DNA of 64,000 bases from Malacoraja senta (taxonomy: Eukaryota), in NCBI GenBank assembly GCA_038087875.1, contig CM075998.1, positions 5,458,001-5,522,000 of the forward strand. Direction: 5' to 3'. The notes beneath the pieces were generated by a model. That model was not told the DNA's origin and made no database searches. It saw nothing but the letters and a program-made list of their open reading frames with translations. This document shows positions 50,071-62,817 of this stretch, one piece after another; within the stretch, counting starts at the first letter, position 1; the number at the start of each line of letters is the position of its first letter. Made by a program: the position numbers and the translations under genes.

Positions 50071-53000
50071 GTGAAAATCGACAAGAATTAAATCGGATTC
50101 ATTCCTTTTATACACTCACTTCTTCCATCAAGTTGCCAGTGACCCCATCCAAAACAAGATGCAATGATCATTATTTTACAATGTAATACAGATAACCCTC
50201 ATGATAACGGACCATGGCTGGGGAATGGTGTCCGTTATTGCCGTTTGTCCACTATTACCGAGTAAGGGATTTGCCCCAACCACCAGGGGGCGACACGGTG
50301 CCACAGCGATAGAGCCACTGCCTTACAGCGCCAGACCCAGGTTCAATCCTGACTTCGATTGCTGTCAGTGTGGAATTTGCACGTTCTCCCTGTGATCCCA
50401 TGGATTTTCTCCGGGTGCTCCGGTTTCCACCCACGCTCCGAAGACGTGCAGGTTAGCGTTAGTGTACAGGGGATCGCTGGTCGGCACGGACTCGGTGGGC
50501 CGAATGGCCTGTTTCCGCGCAGTATCTCGGGTTATTTTCAAATACAATGTTTAGCTATCAGCTGCTAGTTTAGAGATGTAGCATCGACAAATGCGTTTCA
50601 GCCCACCAAGTCCACACTAACCGGCGATCACATGTTCACATTAGAAGGGTCTCGACCCGAAACGTCACCCATTCCTTCTCTTCAGAGATGCTAAGTTACT
50701 CCAGCTTTTTGTGTCTATCGTCGGTTTAAACCAGCATCTGCAGTTCCTTCTTACACACCAGTTCACACTAGTTCTATGTTATCCCACTTTCTCTTCCACT
50801 CCCGACATATTAGGGCAATTTTACAGAAACCTACAAACCTGCACATCTTTGGGACGTGAGAGAAAACCAGAGCACCCAGAGGAAACCCATGCAGTCACAG
50901 GGAGAACGTGCAAACTCTACACAGACAGCACCCAAGGTCAGGATCAAACCCAGGTCTCTGGCGCTGTGAGGCTGCAGCTCTACCGCTGCACCACTGTGTC
51001 GTTCGTTAAGGGTGAACCAGTTCAGGTGGTGCATTTGAAACTGCCACACAAGTTATTAAACAGAATTAGCATGGCATTGGGGAGGGGGAATATACTGGTG
51101 TGGAATAAGAATTGGTTTGGTCTCCAGTTTCCTCCCACACAGAAAACAATGCGGGAGGAAACCGGAGCACCCAGAGAAAACCCACGAGGTCACAGGGAGA
51201 ACGTATAAACTCTACACTGACAGCACCCGAGGTCAGGGTTGAACCTGGGTCTTTGGCAATGAAAGGCAGCAACTATACCGCTGCGTCACCATGCTGCAAT
51301 TATTCAAAGCCACCACGGTTTTCACTCACTCTTCCCCCTCCTCCCCACCCAATCAACCTTCCTAATAAGTGGTTTACATGCAGGAATTTGCAATTAAATT
51401 CTCAAGATTCAAGATTCAATTTAATTGTCACGTGTACCAATTAAGGTACAGTGATATTTGAGTTACTATACAGCCATACTAAGTGAAAAGCAACAAGACA
51501 CACAGCCACATAAAATAAAATCGAACATAAACATCCACCACAGTGGAATCCACATTCCTCACTGTGATGGAAGGTTAGAAAGTTCAATCATCTTCCTCCC
51601 TGTTCACCCGTGGTCGGAGCCTTGAACCCTCCGCAGTTCGCCAGCTGTCGACGGTCCGATGTTCAAGCCCTCTCGTCAGGATGATGGGAACTCTGGCGTC
51701 GGGACATAATGGAACACTCCGCATGGAGCTCCCGAGTCGGCCTCTTCTTACCGGAGACCGCGGGAATCACGGTGTTAAAGTCCACAGGCCCCGCGGTCGG
51801 AGCACTCCACAATCCTCGGCAAAAGATCGCAGCTCCCGATGTTGAAGTCTGCGCCGCGCCCGTGGATTGAAGCGCCGGGCCGGTCTTCAGGTAAGGCCGC
51901 ACCACTCCGTTGTTAGGCCGCAGGGGGGGGGGGGGGGGGGGGCGGAGATGCAACACGGAGCAAAATTGCATATCTGTCCAGGTACGTGACTGGAAAAAGT
52001 TTCCCCCGATCCCCCTCCCCCCCACACCCCCCACATAAGACATACCAAGAGACATTAAAACAAACATTCAAGACATACTTAAAATAATAAAAACAAAGAA
52101 GGAACAAGACAGACTGCTGGCGAGGCGGCCATTACGGTGGTAATTCGGAAGTCAATACCAATAGTCAGTCTTGTGATTAGCCAGAATAGTGGGAGTGCAT
52201 CATTTAGCAGAATAATCCACAATGTTACATGAATTGTAAGGACATTTCTGCAGTGATTTTTTTCTGCAGCATGAATCAATACCTGCAAAATAAGAAAAGC
52301 CAGTCACAAACAAAAAAACCTCCTCGCTCTCTGAACAAGGTCGTGGCATGTAATGCAACTCCAGGGATCAAATTAGGCATGACTATTTATAGAGAGAGAG
52401 AGAGACTCCTGAGCATTGGCAACATGACGGCAATGCCTACTCAAATACAAAGTGGGCACGTCCACAATGAGCCCTCGCCGTGCCACACACGGCCGCCCAC
52501 TTCTTCCCTTCCTGGTTACAGTTGCTAGCACTGGTCAAGTCCATTCATGCCAGTGTCAGCTTTAGGGATCGACGGAAGCTGAGAACCTGTTCCACACTGT
52601 GCAGCTGCCTCTGTGCAATTCACTCGTTCCCCCAAAGGAAAAGAGGCTGTCCATGATGACAATTGGATGAAGCACAAACAAAGTCACGCCGCTCCAAGGA
52701 ACTTTATTTGTCACGTCCAACCTCAAGGTTCTGTTTCCCAACACGCCTTTCCGACAAAGATTCTCCAAAGCCGCTAGATCTGGAAATACGACACTGCCTT
52801 ACACTTCAACGCTGCTTGATGTTAGTCAGCCCTCGCCTTGGGTTATGCGGGTCGCTGTAGCAATGCACAAATGTTGGCACAATGTGGAAAAGTGCTTACA
52901 CACTGGGCAAAAATGAACCCCATCAATTTCAATGTTTATTGAATGGAGTCACGTGTCTCAAGTCATGTCTGCTTAGCCCAGTAATGCAGCCATGGAGGGG

Positions 53001-54111
53001 TGTGATGGCCTCTGGTATACAAAACAGGCACAGGAATTATCAAAGTAGATGGCCCCATAGTAGAAGCGTCCACGTCTCGGGTTTGATGCACAGCTTAAAA
53101 GAACTCAAAGACATGAATACTCTTCTTCTTTAAGAAAGAACTGCAGATGCTGGAAAAATCGAAGGTAGACAAAAATGCTGGAGAAACTCAGCGGGCGAGG
53201 CAGCATCTATGGAGCAAAGGAATAGGTGACATTTCGGGTCGAAACGTCACCTATTCCTTCGCTCCATTGATGCTGCCTCACTTGCTTCCACTCTGGTTCT
53301 CTGGGCTATGAGGTGACTGATGAGGCCAATATATGACCCAAAGGCTCTGCCACAGGTGTGGCAGGAGATAGGGTGGGAAATGTGGGAGGTAATTTGCCCC
53401 TTACATCCTTTTTGCTGGACTGCCTCGTTTCCTGACAAACAAAGTCGAGATTCTCAGTGCCATCCCGAACGTCCTTCATTTCGTCCTTCACATCCTTGAA
53501 CTCCCTTTGCCCACCTGGTGACCTCTATCTCCAATGGAGCTCAGAGTACAAAGTCTGATTGTCAGGAGTGTGAACAATGGGACCTGCATATCGCAACTAG
53601 CTGATTGGAACATCAGTGTCAAATGTGTAGGAAGGAACTGAAGATGCTGGTTTACATAGAAAATAGGTGCAGGAGGAGGCCATTTGGCCCTTCGAGCCTG
53701 CACTGCAGTTTAAACCGAAGGTAGACACAAAATGCTGGAGTAACTCAGTAGGACAGACAGCATCTCTGGAGAGGAACAGGTGACGTTTCGGGTCAGTTCT
53801 GAAGAAGGGTCTCAACCTGAAATGTCACCCATTCCTTCTCTCAAGACATGCTGCCTGTCCCGCTGAGTGACTCCAGCATTTTGTGTCTATCTTGAGCGTC
53901 AAATCAAAGACGCAATTCAGCTTTATAACCCAAACCCCAATGCCCTCCAAGCCTATGGATAGCATTCTCACGTCTAGATCTGAAGGTCGTGGGTTCACTT
54001 CCCACTCCACCCGCTTGGGACGCAAAAACCCAGTCAAGCATTCCAATGCTGCAACGTCACTCAGATGAGGTATTGAACACAAGCCCTGACTGCTCTGTCC
54101 ATTGAACCTGG

Positions 54112-54755
54112 TAAGAGATGCTACACTTGTCGCTTTACCTCCCCCCTCGACTCCATTCAAGGACCCAAGCAGTCGTTCCAGGTGCGACAGAGGTTCACCT
54201 GCACCTCCTCCAACCTCATCTATTGCATCCACTGCTCTAGGTGTCAGCTGATCAACATCGGTGAGACCAAGCGTAGGCTTGGCGATCGTTTTACCCAACA
54301 CCTCCGCTCGGTCCGCATTAACCAATCTGATCTCCCTGTGGCTCAGCACTTCAACTCCCCCTCCCATTCCGTATCCGACCTTTCTGTCCTGGGCCTCCTC
54401 CATGGCCAGAGTGAGCGCCACCGGAAATTGGAGGAGCAGCACCTCATATTCCGCTTGGGGAGTTTGCACCCCAGCAGCATAAACATTGACTTCTCCAATT
54501 TCCGGTAGCCCTTATTGTCTCCTCCCCGTCTCAGCTCTCCCTCAGCCCTCGGGCTCCTCCTCTTCCTTTCTCCTTTCTTCTCCCCGCCCCCCCCCCCACC
54601 CCCACCCCCACCCCCACCCCACATCAGTCTGAAGAAGGGTTTCGGCCCGAAACGTTGCCTATTTCCTTCGCTCCATAGATGCTGCTGCACCCGCTGAGTT
54701 TCTCCAGCACTTTTGTCTACCTTTGATTTTCCAGCATCTGCAGTTCCTTCTTAAT
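54112..54755 (+). mobile_element. Penelope-like element 3' part (GIY-YIG and terminal repeat)
   Basis: ORF 54182-54508 is nearly identical to 44673-45170. Confidence 0.9.
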
Positions 54756-54829
54756 CACTTCTCACTCTTACTGCTGCCTCTAACCAATGTTAATACCTCA
54801 ACCAGCATGACTCAAAGAGCTGACCTGAT

Positions 54830-55580
54830 TAAGAGAGTCGAGAGTGTTTTATTGTCAGATGTACTGTGACAGAACAATGATATTTTTACTTGCAGCACCA
54901 CAACAGGCTTTAAACATAGTACTCTATAAATAATGTAATGAACAAACAAAAAGTCAGTAAATAAAAGACCCAAAAAACCAAAACACAGCCCAAAGTCCAA
55001 GGCACTTCGTAGTTCGGAGGTTGTAGTGTTTCATAGCCTGATGGCTGTAAGGCAGAAGCTGTTCCTGAACCTGGACGTTACAGTTTTCAGGCTCCTGTAC
55101 CTTCTTCACGATGGCAGGGGTGAAATGAGAGCGTGGTCAGGGTGGTGTGGGTCTCTGATGATGCTGGCTGTCTTTTTGAGGCAGCGACTCCTGTAGATCC
55201 CTTCGATGGTGGGGAGGTCAGTACCCATGATGGACTGGGCAGTGTTCACCACTATTTGCAGTCTCCTTCATTCCTGGGCGTTCGAGTTGCTGAACCAGGC
55301 CGTGATGCAAGTGGTCAATATGCTCTCGACTGTACACCTGTAGATGGCCAAGAGAGTATTGTCGACGTTCCGAATATCCTCAATCTTCTCAGGAAGTAGA
55401 GGCGTTGATGGGCTTTCTTTATGATTGCATCAATGTGCTGGGTCCAGGAAAGATCTGTGGAAATCTGGGTCCAGGAAAGATATATACGATGAAGACAGGC
55501 TTGTGGATCTTCAGCCTTCCTCTTCCAAAGTCAACAATCAGCTCCTTGGTTTTGCTTGAGAGCAAGGCTGTTCTTCTGGC
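54830..55580 (-). mobile_element. Rex-Babar-like LINE fragment
   Basis: KTKELIVDF motif and a LINE tail on the minus strand. Confidence 0.65.
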
Positions 55581-56254
55581 GCTATTCAATCTGCTTCTTG
55601 ATTCCCTTACTCTGGGCTTTACCCGATCACACATCGTTCCTCTTGTGATTTTGTACACCTGCGCTCCAAGGAATGAGTCCGAGCCTGCTCAACCTCTCCC
55701 TATAGCTCAGGACTTCAAGTCCTGGCAACAGCCTTGTAAATCTTCTCTGCACCCGTTCCAGCTTGACAACATCTTTACTATAACATCATGGTGACCAAAA
55801 CTGAACACAATACTCTAAAAAAGAAGGGTCTGAAGAAGGGTTTCGTCCCGAAACGTTGCCTATTTCCTTCGCTCCACAGATGCTGCCTCACCCGCTGAGT
55901 TTCTCCAGCATTTTTGTCTACCTAAAATACTCTAAACGTGGCCTCCCCAACGTATTATATAACTGCAACATGACCTCCCAATTTCTATACTCAATACTCT
56001 GAGGGATGAAAGCCATTTTGACCACCCAATCTACCTGCGATGCCAGGTATTCTGTATAGTTCCACACGGTTAAATGAAATAAAAATCACTTCCACTGTTT
56101 ACCAACTGCATACATAATGGTCGAGAAACTCAAAGTCCTTTTGGTTTCTCCGGTGCTGGCTCCTGAGGGAATCCCCATCACCCCCTCCACTTGCAGGAAT
56201 GAACACTTATTCACGGGCTCCACGGTTGAGCCATTCAATTGTAAGAGAATGGGG

Positions 56255-56850
56255 AAATGCTGTACTGCAGTTGTACAGGGCCTTGGTGAGACCACACCTG
56301 GAGTATTGCGTACAGTTTTGGTCTCCTAATCTGAGGAAGGACATTCTTGCCATAGAGGGAGTACAGAGAAGGTTCACCAGGCTGATTCCTGGGATGTCAG
56401 GACTTTCATATGAAGAAAGACTGGATAGACTCGGCTTGTACTCGCTGGAATTTAGAAGATCGAGGGGGGATCTTATAGAAACTTACAAAATTCTTAAGGG
56501 GTTGGACAGGCTAGATGCAGGAAGATTGTTCCCGATGTTGGGGAAGTCCAGAACAAGGGGTCACAGTTTAAGGATAAGGGGGAAATCTTTTAGGACCGAG
56601 ATGAGAATTTTTTTTTTCACACAGAGAGTGGTGAATCTGTGGAATTCTCTGCCACAGAAAGTAGTTGAGGCCAGTTCATTGGCTATATTTAAGAGGGAGT
56701 TAGATGTGGCCCTTGTGGCTAAAGGGATCAGGGGGTAGAAGGCAGGTACAGGATACTGAGTTGGATGATCAGCCATGATCATATTGAATGGCGGTGCAGG
56801 CTCGAGGGGCCGAATGGCCTACTCCTGCACCTATTTTCTATGTTTCTATG
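56255..56850 (+). mobile_element. CR1 LINE 3' fragment
   Basis: LYRALVRPHLEYCVQFWSP...SRTRGHSL, with a (TTTCTATG)n tail. Confidence 0.92.
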
Positions 56851-58199
56851 ATGAAGCTGACACCAACACTGCAGTCAAATACTGAAGGGCAGGACCAGCC
56901 CAGGCACTGTGCAAGATCAAGGCACACCCATGATGCTGCCTTCCTGCCGCTTTCTGGACGCATCGGATAGCGTGATAAACGGGCATGTGGTTAGCCGGAG
57001 GTTTCCCACCGGGTTGAGCAATCACAGCCACTTGGTATTGGCTTGCTTGGAGTTTGAAGCGTTATAGTCTTGTGGTTAAGCTGGGACACAGCCCATGACT
57101 CACCAGAAAAGAAAAAAAATCACTTTTAGCTCTGAAACTTAATAAAACCTAGAAGCCGAAGCTCTGGGAAATTCTGCATCGCGTGACAGCATCTGAGTCA
57201 CTGCTGCAGCAAATGCTGCCGAAATGTTGCTTCTTTAACACAAAAAATGTTTACTGACTTAGTGGTGCAGTAACGAGAGCGAGAAATGATCACAGGGAAT
57301 TAAGCAGGGGAATGGAATCGGCCTTTGAAAGTCATAGAGCGATACAGGGTGGAAACAGGCCCTTCTGCCCAACCTGCCCACACCAGTCAACATATCCCAG
57401 CTACACTAGTCCCACCTGCCTGCATTTGGTCCATATCCCTCCAAACCTGTCCTATCCATGTACCTGTCTAACTGTTTCTTAAACGTCGGGATAGTCCCTA
57501 ACCTCAACTACCTCCTCTCGCAACTTGTTCCATACACCCACCACCCTTTGTGTGAAAAAGTTACCCCTCAGATTCCTGTTAAATCTTTTTCCCTTCACCT
57601 TAAACCTATGTCCTCCGGTTCTCGACTTCATCTACTTTCCCTCCTACCCCCAGGAGCAAGAGAGTGGGGAATCCTGCACTGGAGGCAAATCCCCGTGGCC
57701 CAAAGTACAGACACTCGGAGACTGCTCATCCTTACAGAGATCCCCTGGCAACGTCCTGCCATGAACTCCTGGATGCCGTCCTGGTGGGTCACCAAAGACC
57801 TCTATGCAAAATAACAATGGGTTCTGTTCTTCACTAACCTGTCCCCGTCCCTCTGATCCTCTGGGAGCACTCTTCCTTGCCTCTCCCATGATTGCAACAT
57901 CCACCCATGCACCCTTCCCGAGAAGCTCAGGTGGAGGAGGATGAGGCTCGCTGGGCACTGCCACCGCCACCCAGAAATGCCGGCAAACCCACCCATGACC
58001 ACGTGACCCGGGACGGTCAATCAAGACGATGCTGAAGATGTTGATGGAAGACGCATGTGTAGAGACAAAGGAGGAGCTTGCCAGCTGCATGGAGGACAGA
58101 GATGTGTGGTGCGTCCGTCACCGTTCCCGGCGGAAACCAGCACCACTGCGGCGCTGATGTTTTCAACGATGATGATGATGATGACCCATGCAGTGCCGA

Positions 58200-59040
58200 T
58201 ACTGAGGTCAAGGAAAGAGCGTTCACGTCGCGGCCCTGTTTCCACCAATCTTTCCACCACCACGCACATGACGCCATTGTATGCAGATGCCGAGAAGTGT
58301 GTTCAGCTCTGGCTGAACAATTTCTAATCTTGTGATGTGGACTGGATAAGAAGTGTCAATACTAACGACCCTGTAGCTGGCAGAGAGCGGCTTGTTCTGT
58401 GGTACGTCTCTCTGAGAGCTGGCCGCAGTGATTGCACCTGCTGCTCTACATGCCGGCAACTGCGACAACCTGCACCACGTCGGCGAGGAACACTGGGTGG
58501 AAACGACCAATGCAAGCGGCAGCATGGTGTTAACATTAGGAACCCCGACAGTGCAGTGCTCGGAACCTCTGGCATTCTCCAACAGGTTGAACTCATTAGT
58601 TGAAATTTCCATTTCTGAACTCCAGCAGAGCATTCGAGATTGCCACCATCGTTGTGTGATGAACTGCGTCCAGGTTTTTCCCTCTAAAAGACCTGCCCCA
58701 GAGTGTACAATTATGCCCATTTTATTTTTAATTTCCCTGTCAGGGACAAGAGTTCCTCGCCATCTCAGTCTTTTTATGTGGCCTCTTTCCGTGACCCCTC
58801 AACTCTCAAACCTCCACAGGTGGACGCGCTAGGTTTTGCGACTCAATCCTTCACAACTGGACCCTGTAAGCACCAATGTCATTCTGGAGAGTCCACACCG
58901 ACTGGAGTCTGGACAGCAACTGGACGAGATTAATATTGCAGCAAGATTGCAGCACACAGGCGGTGAGCCTCAGAAGGCAACTGAAAATGCATGGATCCTG
59001 CGTGATAGAACATTTGCCATTTCAGGTAGCTTGTGGCAAC
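58200..59040 (+). pseudogene. Possible highly decayed PIF/Harbinger transposase
   Basis: Fragments in the expected order across frames: YADAEK, PVAGRERL, EEHW, HGVNIRNPDS, FPSK, IFNF/LSGTR, ENAWILRDR. Confidence 0.4.
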
Positions 59041-60747
59041 AGTGAGCAACTGTAGATCAACAGTAACGAACTGTTTGAATTAAAAGCTTCCGTCCCACAT
59101 AATCAAGTCAGGAATCAAAGGACAAAGATCCCTACTACGTCTGTGTAGGAACGAACTGCAGATGCCAATTTGCATCGAAAATAGCCGCAAAAAGCTGGAG
59201 TAACTCAGCGGGACAGGCAGCATCTCTGCAGAGAAGGAATGGGTGATGTTTCGGGACAAGACCCCTCTTCATACTGAAGAAGGGAGAGGAGAGATTCATG
59301 CATTTGTTCTTTGTAACTTTTCGTATCTCTAGTTTTCCTCTCCCCTAACTCCCAGTCTGAAGAAGGGTCTCGACCTGATACGTCACCCATTCCTTTTCTC
59401 CACAGATGCTGCTTGTTACTCCAGCATTTTGTGTCTACCAACTATGTCTATGACATCGTCATTTCCCACACCACTCCCCCCCCCCACCCGATGGGTCTTG
59501 AGAGCAAGATCAATGCTTCTGTTCCGATATGAGGTAAAGTATACTTGGCACCAGTTCATTGCAGTTAACATGCCCACAGCTTCCTGACATCCCATTAATT
59601 GGAAAAGGTTTGAACCATCCCCTCAGGGAAATTGGCACTGAGATAAAGCATGAGCCTTGGTCAGTGTGTGTGACAAGTTCTCTTTATGAGTAGGAGACAT
59701 GGTCTCATTATATGCAGGAATGCTTGTGTTAAAGATCAAAGTCACTGAATATTGAAACAGGCAACCAAAAAGCAAGAAAGCCTGCAGTTCCCACATACAA
59801 CATACAAATTAGGAGCAGGGAATGGGCCATTCAGGCCCTCAAGCCTGCTATGCATTGATCATCTATGCAATAAGGTCATGGAAGATCAGGTTATCATCTC
59901 AAATCCATCTGCTCATGGTAACCTTTCACCTCGTTGCTTATCAAGATTTCCTCTACCTTAGCCTCACAAATATTCAAAGACTTGCACTGCTTCTTGAGGA
60001 AGAGACTTCCAAAGACTGAGAGAAAGAACATTTTGCCGTCTCTCCATCTTAAATTGGTGACCCGTTGCTCTTAAATAGTGACCCCCTAGTTTGAGATTCT
60101 CCCAGAAGAGGAAATGTTCTCTCCAGCGCTGCCCTGTCATGTCCCCTCTCGCTTTCTTATACTCCAGTGGATATAAGCTCAGCCGGTCCAACCTTTCCTC
60201 ATAGAACAATCCCCCCACCACCATTCGAGGCGTTTAAGAAGGAACTGCAGATGCTGGAAAATCAAAGGTAGACAAAAGTGCTGGAGAAACTCAGTGGGTG
60301 CAGCAGCATCTATGGAGCGAAGGAAATAGGCAACGTTCCGGGACGAAACCCAGAAGGAAATAGGCAACGTTTCGGGCCGAAACCCAGAAGGAAATAGGCA
60401 ACGTTTCGGGCCGAAACCCGGAAGGGTTTCGTCCCGAAACGTTGCCTATTTCCTTCGCTCCATAGATGCTGCTGCACCCGGTGAGTTTCTCCAGCACTTT
60501 TGTCTACCATTCGAGGCGTGTTTGGTAAACCTTCTCTGAACTACTTTCAGTGCATTGCTGTCTTTCCTTATATAGGGAGACCAATATGGCAGACAGTACT
60601 CCGGATGAAGTCTTACCAAAGTTCTTCAACTGAAGTCTAACCTCCCCATTTTTGTATTCAATTCCCCTAGCAATAAACAGTGACATTCTGCTAGTTTTCC
60701 TCATGACTTAATGTACCTGCATATTGGCCTTGTGAATCTTACACTAA

Positions 60748-61081
60748 AGGGCTTATCCCACTTTTTTTAAAAAAAATTCGGCGACTTGCCGGCACCCGTC
60801 ATAGCCACAGCAGTTGGCCGAACATTTTCGACATGTTGTAAATCCAGCGGCGACCAGAAAAAAGGTACGACTCTTTGGGCGACTACTCACGGCCATACAG
60901 GCGTCACCCCGCGACATGTCGACACGTGACGCCTGTATGGTCGTGAGTAGTCGCCCAAAGAGTCGTATCTTTTTCTGGTCGCCGCTGGATTTTCAACATG
61001 TTGAACATTTTCGGCGACGTGCTGCGATTATGACGAGTGCCGGCAAGTCGCCGAAAAACTCGCGTAAACGGGACAGGCCCT
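60748..61081. mobile_element. Palindromic PIF/Harbinger MITE
   Basis: TAA|AGGGCTTATCCC ... GGGACAGGCCCT|TTA. The interior is an inverted repeat of about 300 bp. Confidence 0.8.
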
Positions 61082-61169
61082 TTAGACACCAATTTCCCTC
61101 TGCATTTCAGAACTCTGCAATCTCCCACCACTTGGACACTATGTTTTCTTTTCTTTCTTCCTACCGAAA

Positions 61170-62817
61170 TAGGCAACTTCACATTTGTCCATATCATACC
61201 ACTGCCCTCCTGAAGGATGTCTTTGACATAGCCGGTCCCAGCATTCTCTCTATTATCAACAGCTCTCTGGCCACTGGTATCGTTCCAACCTGCTTCAAGC
61301 ACGCAGTGGTGTAGCCCCTCCTGAAAAAACCTAACTTAGATCCCACCTTGCCCAGCAACTACAGACCAATTTCTAAACTTCCATTCCTGTCAAAGGTTCT
61401 TGTAAAGGTTATTCTCAGTCAACTACTGCCCTACCTACACCAAAATAACATCTTGGAAAGATTCCAGTCAGGCTTTAGAGCTGACCATAGCACAGAGTCT
61501 GCCTTGTTGAAAGTATACAATGACCTGCTCCTTTCTGTCGACTCTGGTGACTGCCATCCTGGTTCTACTTGACCTCAGTATGGCGTTCGATACAGTGGAT
61601 CACAACATCTTAATCGACCGTCTCCAGTTCGGGGTTGGTGTAGATGGCACTGCATTGAACTGGTTCACATCCTACCTCAAAAATAGAAGCTTCCCCGTCA
61701 ACATAGGCAACTTTTCCTCTACCCCAGCGAGCCTCTCATGTGGGGTCCCACAAGGTTCCATCCTAGGCCCCATCCTTTTCTCTATGTACATGCTTCCCCT
61801 CGGTCAAATCATTCAAAAACACGACATCTCATTCCACTATTATGCTGATGACACATAGCTTAATCTCCCCCTGAAACCAAACAACCAGTCAAATGTAATC
61901 AATCTCATGAACTGCCTTGAGGACATAAAATGTTGGATGGCACAGAATTTCCTGCAGCTGAATGAGAACAAGTCTGAAGTCATCCTATTTGGTCCCCCTG
62001 ACTCCATCAAAGTGATTACCAGCAGTCTTGGCAACTTATCCACCCTTGTCAAACCCCATGTCAAAAACCTTGGTGTGATATTTGATTCTGCCTTTAAGTT
62101 TGACAAGCAAACCAATTCAGTAGTAAAAGCCAGTTTCTTCCAGCTTCGTAGCATTTCCAAAATAAAACCGTTCCTCATTCAAAGATCTGGAGAAAGTCAT
62201 CCACGCTTTTATATCCTCTCGCCTGGACTACTGCAACTCCCTGTATACTGGGATCAGTCAGTCGTCCCTGTCCTGCCTGCAACTGGTCCAGAACGCCGCA
62301 GCCAGGCTCCTGACAGGTACCCGGAACAGGGACCATATTACCCCCGTTCTGGCCTCTCTCCACTGGCTACCAGTATGGTTCAGAGTTGATTTTAAGGTTC
62401 TCCTGCTCGTCTATAAAGCCCTAAACGGGCTTGCTCCCCCCTATATCACAGACCTCCTTACCCCTTACTCTACCTCCAGGTCCCTCAGGTCAGCTGACTT
62501 GGGGCTCCTGGCTGTCTCGGTGATCTAAACTTAAGCGCAGGGGTGATCGTGCCTTTGCTGTTGCAGCCCCTAGACTGTGGAACAGCGACTCTTTTAAGTC
62601 CAGGCTCAAAACTTGTTTTTATTCACTAGCGTTTGAATCCCCCTGATGTGGCTGATCTTTGTTTTGTGTCTTTGAGCAGATTATTTGTACCTGTGTGCTG
62701 TGTGTATTCCTGTGTATGTCTGTTTCTTTTGTGATTTTAGCTCCCTGTTCAACTCTGTACAGCACTTTGGAAATCTAAGTGTTTTTAAATGTGCTTTATA
62801 AATAAATTTGATTTGAT
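61170..62817 (+). mobile_element. L2 LINE (decayed RT and 3' end)
   Basis: [54 protein letters not shown], and an (ATTTG)n tail. Confidence 0.92.

Noticed and set aside
60320..60450. Tandem ~30-bp repeats superficially like a CRISPR array
   Set aside because: No unique spacers, eukaryotic context, and the unit is part of the Penelope terminal repeat.
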